Shown one piece after another: positions 26,227 through 35,621 of a stretch of DNA of 35,812 bases. The translations under genes and the position numbers were made by a program. The notes under the pieces are model-generated. The model did not search any database, was not told the DNA's origin, and saw only the letters and a list, made by a program, of their open reading frames with translations. How positions within the stretch are numbered: position 1 is the stretch's first letter; the number at the start of each line of letters is the position of its first letter. The stretch is taken from positions 1-35,812 of IMG/VR virus record IMGVR_UViG_3300024181_000002; one strand, given 5' to 3'. Source of the DNA: a virus (Duplodnaviria; Caudoviricetes).

Positions 26227-26357
26227 CTGATACTCAAAACGACATCGTAACGTTTCTCATGCTACTTGGCATCGCATTTCTATTTGCTGCTTTAGCAGAA
26301 TATCTGGCAGAGAAATACTTTGGTAAGGATAAGAACGATAAGGAGGATGAGAAATGA
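26223..26357 (+). CDS. 44-aa single-TM protein
   Basis: ATGA overlaps at both ends; MTDTQNDIVTFLMLLGIAFLFAALAEYL. Confidence 0.6.
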   Translation: MTDTQNDIVTFLMLLGIAFLFAALAEYLAEKYFGKDKNDKEDEK

Positions 26358-26542
26358 GCGAAGGATATGACTATGTCGCAGAAAATTATCCTGTGACGAA
26401 AATGACAAATGCTGAGTTGATTGAAATGTACATGCGAGGCAATGGAGTTGTTGGAGGACTGCGAAATCTTGCCAACAAGGCGATTAAAAAAGCCATCGAA
26501 GACGGTCAAGTAATCATCGCTCCTGGTCAGATTGAAGGCTAA
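26354..26542 (+). CDS. Hypothetical protein
   Basis: AAGGAGG RBS. Confidence 0.65.
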   Translation: MSEGYDYVAENYPVTKMTNAELIEMYMRGNGVVGGLRNLANKAIKKAIEDGQVIIAPGQIEG

Positions 26543-26573
26543 TATAGATTCAGAGACATTTCTGATCTATAAT
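26543..26573 (+). promoter_or_regulatory. Promoter of ncRNA cluster within an inverted repeat
   Basis: TAGATT-17-TATAAT; TATAGAtTCAGA...TCTGATCTATA inverted repeat. Confidence 0.55.
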
Positions 26574-26657
26574 GGCTTAGCGATGGCCAATGTCGCATAA
26601 GCGCGTAACTTCGGGATAAGCGTCTCATGCTAGGATGAGTTAATTCTAGTAGTAAGA

Positions 26658-26762
26658 TCGGATGTGGCTGAGTGGCTTAAGGCACATTCCTGCATAGCAG
26701 GTGGCGTAGGGGAGTAAAGATAGGCAAACCTCTTACCGTGGGTTCGAATCCCACCATCCAAG
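26658..26762 (+). ncRNA. Aberrant tRNA-like RNA with long variable arm and no canonical anticodon loop
   Basis: TGGCTGAGTGGCTTAAGGCA D-arm; GTGGG-TTCGAAT-CCCAC T-arm; GGATG/CATCC acceptor; CCTGC-ATA-GCAGG in the anticodon position. Confidence 0.7.
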
Positions 26763-26813
26763 ATAGAGAGCGAATACCGCTATACAGACAAAGCCGGTGG
26801 AAGTCCGGCATAA

Positions 26814-26886
26814 GCGTGCGTGCCTGAGGCAGGCAAACACCCTTCCAAGGTGTACACAGAGGGTTCGATTCCCTCCGCCCGCTCCA
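26814..26886 (+). tRNA. tRNA-Gly(UCC) with atypical D-arm
   Basis: ACACC-CTTCCAA-GGTGT anticodon arm; GAGGG-TTCGATT-CCCTC T-arm; GCGTGCG/CGCCCGC acceptor; U73 and encoded CCA. Confidence 0.85.
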
Positions 26887-26934
26887 GTTTCCTTTGTTTC
26901 GCCCTGTTCCACCCTGCTTCACCCTCCTAGTTCG

Positions 26935-26971
26935 CCCGCTCTGGACATATGCGCTAGAGCGGGATTTTTTT
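26935..26971 (+). terminator. Intrinsic terminator
   Basis: CCCGCTCTGG-loop-CTAGAGCGGG followed by ATTTTTTT. Confidence 0.85.
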
Positions 26972-26985
26972 GAAAGGGAAGTGAC

Positions 26986-27129
26986 ATGCCGCTCAAGAAA
27001 TCAACATCACATGCTGTCTTCAAAAGTAACGTAAAAGCTGAAGTAAAGGCGGGAAAGCCAATTAAGCAAAGTTTGGCCATTGCCTACGCCGAAAAGCGCG
27101 AAGCAGCAAAGAAACAAACTAAGCGATAG
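26986..27129 (+). CDS. 47-aa basic phage protein (MPLKKS...AGKP.KQ..AIAY family)
   Basis: AAGGGAAG RBS; family commonly found near terminase genes. Confidence 0.75.
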   Translation: MPLKKSTSHAVFKSNVKAEVKAGKPIKQSLAIAYAEKREAAKKQTKR

Positions 27130-27173
27130 TTTGTCCATGATAGACTGTTGGTATCTCATCAGGAGGTGCCAAT

Positions 27174-27953
27174 ATGTACGAGCCTATTGAAGCATCATTA
27201 GGGCTATATGGAACATTCGTTAGACGTGTAACAGGTCTAGGTCAGGTAACGATTGCCGGATCTGGAGTAGCAGCGAATGACATCTGGCCCAATGCCGGTA
27301 TTTATCCATGGATGACCGGCGCAACTAGCCTGGAATTTCTCTCTGTCGGGGTTAATGCTGCGAATGACACTGCTGCAGGAACTGGCGCACAAAGCGTAAC
27401 AGTCAGCGGCCTAGATATCAATTTCAACGAGATATCCGAGACAAAACCCACTAATGGTACGACTCCAGTCGCACTAACGCAGCAATTCTACCGAATCAAT
27501 TCAGTCTCTCTCGGCGCAACGGGTAGCGGTCAGCGCAATGCAGGCCAGATTAATGTAAGAGATGCAGGCGGTGGTACTGTAAGAGCCATTATCCCAATTT
27601 CTACAGTTCCTGACCTTTCACCAGCAATCAGCAAGCAATCGCAATTTACTGTACCAGTAAACTGTACGCTTCTGATCTTCGACATCGACATACAGATCAA
27701 TAGTTCTGCTGGTGGTGGTGGATCGAGCAAAGGCGCAGATGTTCTCTTTTATTTCAAAGGCCCACTAGCTAGCAATCCTATCCGCCTACCTCGTGCGCTA
27801 AGCACAACGGATATTGTCAGCAAAAGTCTTGACCCAAAAACAATGATTCCTGTTCCTGAGAAAAACGATTTCGGCTTACGTTGCGGATATACGAGTGCAG
27901 CAGGCGTAATCCTGAGCGGATCATGGGAAGGTCTGCTATTCCGTAGAGCATAA
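27174..27953 (+). CDS. Beta-rich putative virion protein
   Basis: AGGAGG RBS; ANDTAAGTGAQSVTVSGLD motif; G/T/S-rich. Confidence 0.65.
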   Translation: MYEPIEASLGLYGTFVRRVTGLGQVTIAGSGVAANDIWPNAGIYPWMTGATSLEFLSVGVNAANDTAAGTGAQSVTVSGLDINFNEISETKPTNGTTPVALTQQFYRINSVSLGATGSGQRNAGQINVRDAGGGTVRAIIPISTVPDLSPAISKQSQFTVPVNCTLLIFDIDIQINSSAGGGGSSKGADVLFYFKGPLASNPIRLPRALSTTDIVSKSLDPKTMIPVPEKNDFGLRCGYTSAAGVILSGSWEGLLFRRA

Positions 27954-28028
27954 TCCACCAACAATATGCAAATTAGCGCAATACTCTGCTACAATTTCAT
28001 CACTTAGCCCAACAGCATAGGTGATGAA

Positions 28029-28541
28029 ATGTCCCGCAAGAAAGTCCCCGAAAAGCCATCTGAGCCGCCAAAGAAGCGCGGACCAAAATCTACATATACC
28101 GAAGAACGAGCAGCAGCAATCCTTGAGCGCATCGCATTAGGTGAGCCACTGCGTCAGATTTGTCGAGATGATGGACAACCGGCCTGGCGAACAGTATATG
28201 ACTGGATGATGGAAGAGAAAGATTTCGCCACACGCTTCGCGCGCGCCAGAGAACTCGGCGAAGATGCCATTGCCCAGGAATGCATGGATATTGCGGATAA
28301 TGCGACTAATGACTGGATGGAACAATTCGATGCACAGGGCGAATCAACAGGCTGGAAATTAAATGGCGATCATGTGCAACGATCTAAGTTACGCATTGAG
28401 ACTAGGCTGAAATTGCTTGCTAAATGGAATCCGAAGAAATGGGGAGAAAAACAGGCACTTGAGCACACCGGCGCTGATGGCGCTGCATTGACTGTCCAAC
28501 TTGTACGATTTGGCGATGCCGATAATCAGACTTCCAAATAA
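28029..28541 (+). CDS. terS: Terminase small subunit (Sf6 gp1-like)
   Basis: GPKS.YT.E....I..RIA.GE.LRQIC....P...TV..W; RSKLRIETR..L..KWNPKKWG. Confidence 0.9.
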   Translation: MSRKKVPEKPSEPPKKRGPKSTYTEERAAAILERIALGEPLRQICRDDGQPAWRTVYDWMMEEKDFATRFARARELGEDAIAQECMDIADNATNDWMEQFDAQGESTGWKLNGDHVQRSKLRIETRLKLLAKWNPKKWGEKQALEHTGADGAALTVQLVRFGDADNQTSK

Positions 28542-29880
28542 CTGGAGGCCACGCAGCTATCAGCTTCCAGCATGGGAATATCTAGAGAATGGCGGTAGAC
28601 ATGCTGAGCTAATCTGGCATCGTCGCTCAGGTAAAGACGAAATTTGTCTTCACCGAGCTGCTGTAGCTGCATTTGAACGCGTGGCTAACTATTGGCATAT
28701 GCTCCCTCAGGCTGAGCAAGCTCGTAAGGCCATTTGGAACGCTGTCAATCCGCATACCGGCCGACGCCGTATCGATGAAGCATTTCCGCTTGAGATTCGT
28801 AAGACGACGCGCAATCAAGAAATGATGATTGAATTCATCAATGGATCATCCTGGCAAGTTCTCGGATCAGATAACTTCAATTCAGCAGTCGGCTCCGCTC
28901 CTGCTGGCATCGTTTATTCCGAATGGGCATTGGCCAATCCTGCTGCTAGGGCATATCTACGACCAATCCTGACTGAAAATAATGGTTGGCAGCTATTCAT
29001 TACTACGCCACGCGGTAAAAATCACGCACATAAAACTTTCCTCGCTGCTAAGCAAAATCCGAAAGCATTTGCTCAAGTCATCAGAGCTGATCAATCCGGT
29101 GTATTTACTGCGCAACAATTAGAAGAAGAAAGACAGAACTATGAGGCTGAATTTGGCATAGAACAGGGCCATGCGCTATTTGATCAAGAATTCATGTGCA
29201 GCTTTGAGGCTGCGATCATGGGCGCTTACTACGGTGGCGAGCTACGAAGGGTAGAAGACGAAGGGCGAATGACTAGCAATCTTTGGGACGAAAATCTCAA
29301 AGTTCATGTTGCATTCGATTTGGGCTATGACGACGATACGGCAATTTGGTTCTTTCAGGTGGCGCATAATCAGGTGCGATTCATTGATTGCTATGCTGCT
29401 AGTGGAAAAGATGTCGAACATTACTCAGAGATATTGAAGGCAAAACCATATCGCTACGCTGAGCATATCTGGCTTCCACACGATGCTAAAGCGAAGACAT
29501 TGGCCGCCAGGGGAAAGAGCGTGGAGCAGCAGTTCCGTGATTTAGATTGGAAGCCGCGTATCACCCCGGACCTGAGTCTTCAAGATGGCATTCAAGCGGC
29601 ACGTAAGACATTTCCCCAAATTTGGATCGATAAAGACAAATGTGCTGATGGAATCGAAGCACTAACCCAATATCGCAGAGAATGGGATCAGGATAAAAAA
29701 TGCTTCCGTGATCGTCCTTTGCATGATTGGACATCACATTATGCAGACAGTTTCCGCTATGCTTGTATCGTTTGGCGACAGGAAATGCTACCAAAGCCAA
29801 AAGAAGTAGTAAAATTCGCTCAGCATCAGACCATTGACCAGATTATCGCGGCGCATCGCCGTCAGAAATACGGAGATTGA
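28516..29880 (+). CDS. terL: Terminase large subunit
   Basis: WHRRSGKD Walker A; IVYSE Walker B; ITTPRG; FDLG..D.T and SH.AD.FRY nuclease motifs. Confidence 0.95.
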   Translation: MPIIRLPNNWRPRSYQLPAWEYLENGGRHAELIWHRRSGKDEICLHRAAVAAFERVANYWHMLPQAEQARKAIWNAVNPHTGRRRIDEAFPLEIRKTTRNQEMMIEFINGSSWQVLGSDNFNSAVGSAPAGIVYSEWALANPAARAYLRPILTENNGWQLFITTPRGKNHAHKTFLAAKQNPKAFAQVIRADQSGVFTAQQLEEERQNYEAEFGIEQGHALFDQEFMCSFEAAIMGAYYGGELRRVEDEGRMTSNLWDENLKVHVAFDLGYDDDTAIWFFQVAHNQVRFIDCYAASGKDVEHYSEILKAKPYRYAEHIWLPHDAKAKTLAARGKSVEQQFRDLDWKPRITPDLSLQDGIQAARKTFPQIWIDKDKCADGIEALTQYRREWDQDKKCFRDRPLHDWTSHYADSFRYACIVWRQEMLPKPKEVVKFAQHQTIDQIIAAHRRQKYGD

Positions 29881-29881
29881 C

Positions 29882-30124
29882 ATGCAGACATTAGCATTGA
29901 GCTACGCATCATGGAAAACGGTAACGCCATCGGATACTACTCTATTGAGTTTTAGAGGTATTTACGTCGGTGGAACTGGTGACGTAGCCATTTCTCCTGA
30001 TGGCACTACGGCTTCAATTATCTTGAAAGCTGTGCCAACTGGCACATTGCTGCCATTTACCGCTGATCAGGGCCGTATCTTGGCAACAGGAACGACTGCA
30101 ACTAATCTGGTGGCATTAGCATGA
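29882..30124 (+). CDS. Small virion-associated beta protein
   Basis: GGAG RBS; VTPSD...RGIYVGGTGDV...ATGTTAT.LVAL family. Confidence 0.7.
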   Translation: MQTLALSYASWKTVTPSDTTLLSFRGIYVGGTGDVAISPDGTTASIILKAVPTGTLLPFTADQGRILATGTTATNLVALA

Positions 30125-32418
30125 GCGATATCACCTCTAGCACAGGTCAAATTGAGACAGTGCAGGAGATTGGCACGAGTCCAGAAATGGAGGTGCGCCG
30201 CTGGCTCTTGGAACTGGACTTGTCTGACAAACGTGAAAAAGATTGGCGTAAGCGCTGTGGCGAATTGCTGGACAAATATCGGCAGAAAGATTCCCAAAAG
30301 AATCCTTTCAACATGCTTTGGAGTAATACGGATACATTGCTACCAGCTATCTATAACAGTCAGCCTAAACCCGATGTACGTCGCCGTTTTGCTGATACTG
30401 ATCCTGTTGGCAAAGCAGTTTCTGATGTTCTTACGCGAGCGCTAGAGTTTTCCCTCGATACTTACGATTTCAATTCCATCATGGTCAGTGACGTGATGGA
30501 TATGTTGTTGCCTGGCCGTGGCATTTCCCGTGTTCGATATGTTCCCAGCCTTCGTGAGACGGCAGAAATCCGTCAAGAACTGCCTGGCGAACGAGAACAA
30601 GGCAAGCAGGCTAACGATAATGACGCTCCGCCAAACGAAGAATTGGCTTGGGAACAAGTCATTGCTGAGCACGTGCAATGGGATGACTATCGCGAAGGAC
30701 CTGGAAAGACATGGGATGAGATTCCGTGGATTGCATATCGTCATCGCATGACCCGTAACGAATTGATTGATAAATTCGGCGCTGAAAAAGGCAATGCCAT
30801 GACAATGGATGCTGCCAGCGATGAGGAAATCCATAAGCATCGTGACGATGCAGTACGAGAGCTATTTAAGACTGCGGTCGTATGGGAAATCTGGGATAAA
30901 GATTCTCGTAAAGTGATCTTTGTGAGTCCAGGCTATCGTAATTCTGTGCTGGATAAGCAAGATGATCCTTTAAAGCTTATTGGCTTCTTCCCAAGTCCTC
31001 GCCCACTGCGCGGCATTTTGGATTCTTCATCCAATGTTCCTATTCCTCTGCCTGATTATTATCGTCAGCAAGAGGAAGAGCTTAATCTCGTTACAGTTCG
31101 TATTTCGCGATTAATTCGTGGTCTAAAACTTCGTGGCGTTTATGATGCGACGATTACGGAACTGTCGGAAGTTATGCGCGGTGAAGATAATGATCTGATC
31201 GCTGCACAAAATGTTGTCGAACTGCGAGATATCGGCGGTCTTCAGAATGCCGTCTGGATGCTTCCAATCGATCAGGCCGCTAATGTTTTGCGTGAACTGT
31301 ATCAACAACGGGATCAAATCAAGCAAATCATTTACGAAATCACCGGCATCTCCGACATTATGCGCGGAGCTACTGATGCTGGTGAAACCGCAACTGCACA
31401 ACAGATTAAGGCGACAAATGGCAGTCTGCGTGTTCGTCGCCTACAAGCAGAAGTACAGCGCTATATCCGCGATATTTTGCGCATCAAGGCGGAGATTATC
31501 TCTGAACGATTCCAGCCTGAAACGCTCTATACCATGACTGGTCTGCAATTCCCGGATCAGATGGCTAAGCAACAAGCACAGATGCAATTCCAGCAAGCGC
31601 AGGCTCAATACCAGCAGCAAGCAGCAATGGCACAACAGCAGGGCCAGCAGCCACCACAAGCACCACAGCCGCCGCCAATCCTGTCCATCCCAAGTTGGCA
31701 GGAAATCATCGGCGTGATGCGTGATGATGCCCTTCGAACATTCAAGGTAGATATCGAGACTGATTCGACCGTAGCTGCATCCATGGAATCAGATATGCAA
31801 GGCCTGGAACAGGTACTAGGTGGTGTGGTTCAAGTGATGAATGGTTTCGCACCGGCAGTTCAACAAGGCATTATGCCTGTTGATGTGCTCAAAGAACTAA
31901 TGCTAACTGTCGTTCGCCGCGCTCGCATGGGTAATGCCGTCGAAGATGCGATCGACAAAATTCAGGCTCCCCCTCCGAAGCAAGATCAGACTGACCCGCG
32001 TGTGCAAGTAGCGCAGATCAAGGCGCAATCTGATGAGAAACAGTCACAAGCTGATGCTCAACAAAATGCTCAACTTGAAATGGCGAAGATTCAATCAGAG
32101 GAGCGTCTTTCTGAGAAACAGGCACAACTCGATGTATGGGTGGCTCAACAGCAGCAAGCAGCGCAACAAGCTCAAGCAGAAGCGCAGGGTCGATTTGATG
32201 CCATGCTAAAACAGCGCGAAATGCAAATGGAAATGATGCTAGAGGCTCAGCGCCGATCTGATAATGAACGGCAAGCAGCAATGCAGGCTCAATTGCAATT
32301 GATTCTTCAGCATATGAAAGGTGTACAAGCTGTTGAAGTGGCTGAAATTGGCAAACAAACGACAATGACGCCAGATCAGGCTAATGCCGCAGAAGGAGAT
32401 TTCAATGCCTCTCTATGA
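30121..32418 (+). CDS. Portal protein (P22-like, long Q-rich barrel)
   Basis: 765 aa after terL; IYEITGISDIMRG...ETATAQQIK; coiled-coil C-terminus. Confidence 0.9.
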   Translation: MSDITSSTGQIETVQEIGTSPEMEVRRWLLELDLSDKREKDWRKRCGELLDKYRQKDSQKNPFNMLWSNTDTLLPAIYNSQPKPDVRRRFADTDPVGKAVSDVLTRALEFSLDTYDFNSIMVSDVMDMLLPGRGISRVRYVPSLRETAEIRQELPGEREQGKQANDNDAPPNEELAWEQVIAEHVQWDDYREGPGKTWDEIPWIAYRHRMTRNELIDKFGAEKGNAMTMDAASDEEIHKHRDDAVRELFKTAVVWEIWDKDSRKVIFVSPGYRNSVLDKQDDPLKLIGFFPSPRPLRGILDSSSNVPIPLPDYYRQQEEELNLVTVRISRLIRGLKLRGVYDATITELSEVMRGEDNDLIAAQNVVELRDIGGLQNAVWMLPIDQAANVLRELYQQRDQIKQIIYEITGISDIMRGATDAGETATAQQIKATNGSLRVRRLQAEVQRYIRDILRIKAEIISERFQPETLYTMTGLQFPDQMAKQQAQMQFQQAQAQYQQQAAMAQQQGQQPPQAPQPPPILSIPSWQEIIGVMRDDALRTFKVDIETDSTVAASMESDMQGLEQVLGGVVQVMNGFAPAVQQGIMPVDVLKELMLTVVRRARMGNAVEDAIDKIQAPPPKQDQTDPRVQVAQIKAQSDEKQSQADAQQNAQLEMAKIQSEERLSEKQAQLDVWVAQQQQAAQQAQAEAQGRFDAMLKQREMQMEMMLEAQRRSDNERQAAMQAQLQLILQHMKGVQAVEVAEIGKQTTMTPDQANAAEGDFNASL

Positions 32419-32788
32419 AGCTCGTTGTCGAGCATGCGGCTCTGTACATGAATATGTGCGTCCGATTGCGCGGTGCATGGAAACGCCGATTTGCTGCGCT
32501 GCGCCAACTGAGAAAGTCATTCTTTCAGCTCCATTCGGACAAGTGGATATCCCTGCTTACGAATCGCCTGTCACTGGTGAATGGATCGAGGGACGGGCCG
32601 CTCGCCGCAATGATTTAGCAAAGCATGGTTGCCGTCCATGGGAAGGCATGGAGCAAGAACAAAAAGTTGCTGCTGAAGCGCGCAAGCGCATTGATGCTGA
32701 AATTGATAAGCAAATTGAGACAGCAGCAGTCGATGCATGGCAAGCCTTAAAACCAGAGCAGCGCCGTTCTCTTGAAAGCGCAGCATAA
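32405..32788 (+). CDS. FmdB-like zinc-ribbon protein
   Basis: AAGGAG RBS; MPLYE.RC..CG; YESPVTG..I..R..RR.DL..HGC. Confidence 0.75.
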   Translation: MPLYEARCRACGSVHEYVRPIARCMETPICCAAPTEKVILSAPFGQVDIPAYESPVTGEWIEGRAARRNDLAKHGCRPWEGMEQEQKVAAEARKRIDAEIDKQIETAAVDAWQALKPEQRRSLESAA

Positions 32789-32814
32789 CGATTTACCAAC
32801 CACCGGAGCACATC

Positions 32815-33873
32815 ATGGCCGACATCGATCAGGCGACCCTGGACGACGACACCAATAGCGAACCAGAGCAAACAATGGATGACACCATTGCTGCAACATG
32901 GGCAGAAATTCAAGCACGCGGAGAAGATTCTGAAGAGGAACATCCTGTTCAGGAGACTCTTTCTCGCGATGACAAAGGCCAATTCAAGCAAAAAGCTGAA
33001 GATAAGCCAGTTGATGCTGAGCAAACAGATCAACAAGCTACGCAGCAGACGGATGCGCAGCAAGGTCAAGTGCCTGGCTGGATGCAAATGGGTCTTCGCA
33101 AAGAAGAAGCTGAAGCCGTCGCGCGTGCTCCGAAAGAGGCACAAGCAGCATTTGAACGACGTATGCGCGAAAGCCAAGAAGGGCTTAAGCGCATGCACGA
33201 ACAGTTGGGACCAAAAGCTCAACAAGCAGATGTTTTTGAGCAGGCTATTGCGCCATTTCGTCAAACCATGGCACAACTTGGCGTAGAACCGCATATTGCC
33301 GTGCAAAATGTACTTGCAGCAGAACATGGTTTGCGCTATGGTAACGATCAGCAGCGTGCCACGCATGCATTGCAACTACTCAATTCCTACGGAATCAACC
33401 TGAATGCCATGTACGCAATTGCGACAGGCAATCAGGCACCAGCCCAACAGCAGGTGGCAGTCCCGCAAGCGACGGCACCAGCACAAGATTTTAATCAAGC
33501 AGTAAACCAGGCTGTCGAATCGCGTTTTGCTCAACAGGAAATCGCCCAATTCGAGTCTGAAGGTCACGCACACTTCGAAGAACTTAAGCCGCTGATGTCA
33601 TCCTTACTGATGAATGGTGCGGCAAATGGAATTCGGGATGCATATGACCAAGCTCTCCGAGCGCATCCGGTGCATGGCTCTCAATGGCTTGCAGAACAGC
33701 AAGCAGCACAAGAAGCCCAGCGTAAAGCGGAAGCACAAAAGAAAGCTCAGGAAGCCCGCCGCGCCGCAGGTCCTAATGTCGCCAAACGAGGCACATTGCC
33801 ATCTGCTAAGCCAGTGGGAACAATGGATGACACGATTCGCGACGCAGCAATGCGTCTCGGGCTGATTCAATAA
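32815..33873 (+). CDS. Capsid scaffolding protein
   Basis: Acidic N-terminus with RDDKGQF; helical; immediately before capsid gene. Confidence 0.75.
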   Translation: MADIDQATLDDDTNSEPEQTMDDTIAATWAEIQARGEDSEEEHPVQETLSRDDKGQFKQKAEDKPVDAEQTDQQATQQTDAQQGQVPGWMQMGLRKEEAEAVARAPKEAQAAFERRMRESQEGLKRMHEQLGPKAQQADVFEQAIAPFRQTMAQLGVEPHIAVQNVLAAEHGLRYGNDQQRATHALQLLNSYGINLNAMYAIATGNQAPAQQQVAVPQATAPAQDFNQAVNQAVESRFAQQEIAQFESEGHAHFEELKPLMSSLLMNGAANGIRDAYDQALRAHPVHGSQWLAEQQAAQEAQRKAEAQKKAQEARRAAGPNVAKRGTLPSAKPVGTMDDTIRDAAMRLGLIQ

Positions 33874-33885
33874 AGGAGCTAAATC

Positions 33886-34881
33886 ATGGCCTCTCCTGGT
33901 CAATCTACGCTGTTTAACAGTTTTACGGAGCTTGTCTCCACTACCTACCGCAATCACTCGAAAGAGGTAGCGGATAATGTTTCCAAGCACAATGCACTGT
34001 TCCGCCGTATGACGGAAAAGGGCAAGATTCGTTTGGAAGATGGTGGTCTGTCCATCGTCCAGCCACTGGATTATGCAAACAACTCGACCTATCAGCGCTA
34101 TTCTGGCTTTGATGTGCTGAACATCAATGCTGTAGATGTGCTGTCGGCTGCTGAATTCCCATGGCGTCAAGTAGCAGTGAACGTCGCTGCTTCTGGTCTG
34201 GAAATCCGTACTAACTCGGGTGCAAATCGCATTATCAACTTCGTGAAAGCGAAGATTAAAAATGCGCAGCGTTCGATGGCTAACGGTCTGTCGGTAGATA
34301 TCTATTCCGACGGTACTGCGGCCAACCAGATTAATGGTCTGCAAGCGCTGATTGCTGATACCGGCACTGGTACTGTTGGGGGCATCAACTCCACTACTTT
34401 CCCATTCTGGCAAAACGTGGTGCAATCTGCTGCTGCACCAATTCAAGGTGGCGGCGCAATCACTCCAAGCGCTACCACGATTGAATCGCTGATGCTGCCA
34501 ACTTATATCCGCCTGACTCGTGGTATGGATCAGCCAGATATGATCGTGATGTCTGATGATTACTTCGCATTCTTCGAACAGTCTCAAACTTCGATTAAGC
34601 GCTATTCCAGCGAAAGTGGCCCAACTAGCGGTACTGCTGGCTTCGTGAGTCTGAAATACAAGAATGCTGACGTATTCTTCGATTCTTCGGGCGGCGTACC
34701 TGCACAGCACGCATATTTCATCAATACTGATTACATGGATCTTGTTGTCCATCAGGACGCAAACATGGAAATCATGCCAGAACTGCGATCCGTGAATCAG
34801 GATGCAATCGTGATCCCAATTCTGTTCCAGGGTAATCTGTGCGTGTCCAATCGATTCCTTCAGGGCGTCATGAAGGCTTAA
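33886..34881 (+). CDS. Major capsid protein
   Basis: AAGGAG RBS; 331 aa; DNV...NALF, YSG.D.L, IYSDGT...I.GL motifs of podoviral MCPs. Confidence 0.9.
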   Translation: MASPGQSTLFNSFTELVSTTYRNHSKEVADNVSKHNALFRRMTEKGKIRLEDGGLSIVQPLDYANNSTYQRYSGFDVLNINAVDVLSAAEFPWRQVAVNVAASGLEIRTNSGANRIINFVKAKIKNAQRSMANGLSVDIYSDGTAANQINGLQALIADTGTGTVGGINSTTFPFWQNVVQSAAAPIQGGGAITPSATTIESLMLPTYIRLTRGMDQPDMIVMSDDYFAFFEQSQTSIKRYSSESGPTSGTAGFVSLKYKNADVFFDSSGGVPAQHAYFINTDYMDLVVHQDANMEIMPELRSVNQDAIVIPILFQGNLCVSNRFLQGVMKA

Positions 34882-34891
34882 GGAGAAAAAT

Positions 34892-35617
34892 ATGACTACC
34901 GCAGCAAACAACTCGGCTGTCATCGGCTTTCAAGCCGTTGGCAACTGGTTTATTCCCGATAGCACACAGCGCCAAGGTCTAGGCACTGTGCTGTCTGTTA
35001 TCGATCCATTCTGGGGCGGTCAGGAGCTGATTTACGTTAGCTTCCCTGCCTCGACTGCCGTTAAGGTTGGTACTACCGTTGTAGTAGACACAAACTTTAG
35101 CGCTACCGCAGTGCCAAATACTGCTAACTTGGGCCAACCTGTGGCATTCGTTCTGAATGCCGTGCCAAGTGTGGCAGCGGTTCAATATGGCTGGGCGCTG
35201 GTATCGGGCAAAATCCCTGCTTTCTCTAGTGCTTCTGTTGCTGCAAATGCGCAGATTGGTATTGTAGCTGCTGGTCAGCTCGGTGCTAACTCGGCAGGCA
35301 AGGAAATTGTCGGTTCCAAAGTACAGGCCGCAGCGACGACTACGGTTGCGAAAAGCAATGTTGTTACTCAGAATGGCTCTCCAACTATCCGCGCATCGAA
35401 TACTGATGGCTGGTTTGTTGGCATGGCTGTTTCAGGTACTGGCATCCCAGCTTCGACTACTCTGCTGTCGCTGGATCCTGATAACCGTACCGCAGTAATG
35501 AGCGCAAACGCAACTGCAACTGGCGCTGTGACTGTTACTGGCACTTACAACGATGGTACGAACTTCTGGAATGTTCTGTATGTAGACCGTCCAACTGCAC
35601 AGGGCGCGATTACTTAA
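34892..35617 (+). CDS. Capsid cement/decoration protein with inserted domain
   Basis: AAGGAG RBS; follows MCP; QYGW motif; insertion VGMAVSGTGIP.STT. Confidence 0.65.
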   Translation: MTTAANNSAVIGFQAVGNWFIPDSTQRQGLGTVLSVIDPFWGGQELIYVSFPASTAVKVGTTVVVDTNFSATAVPNTANLGQPVAFVLNAVPSVAAVQYGWALVSGKIPAFSSASVAANAQIGIVAAGQLGANSAGKEIVGSKVQAAATTTVAKSNVVTQNGSPTIRASNTDGWFVGMAVSGTGIPASTTLLSLDPDNRTAVMSANATATGAVTVTGTYNDGTNFWNVLYVDRPTAQGAIT

Positions 35618-35621
35618 TCGC

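Noticed and set aside
26850-26886. tRNA 3' half as an attP site
   Set aside because: No integrase is present and the tRNA is full length with its own operon context.
31560-31680. Q/P-rich stretch in the portal (QQGQQPP) as a third copy of the peptide motif
   Set aside because: Low-complexity resemblance only; it lacks TGGGG and the Arg.
32557-33375. 272-aa antisense ORF over the scaffold gene
   Set aside because: Antisense shadow with unnatural F/L/C-rich composition.
33604-34923. 439-aa antisense ORF over the capsid gene
   Set aside because: Shadow of a strongly codon-biased gene; no RBS or recognisable motifs.
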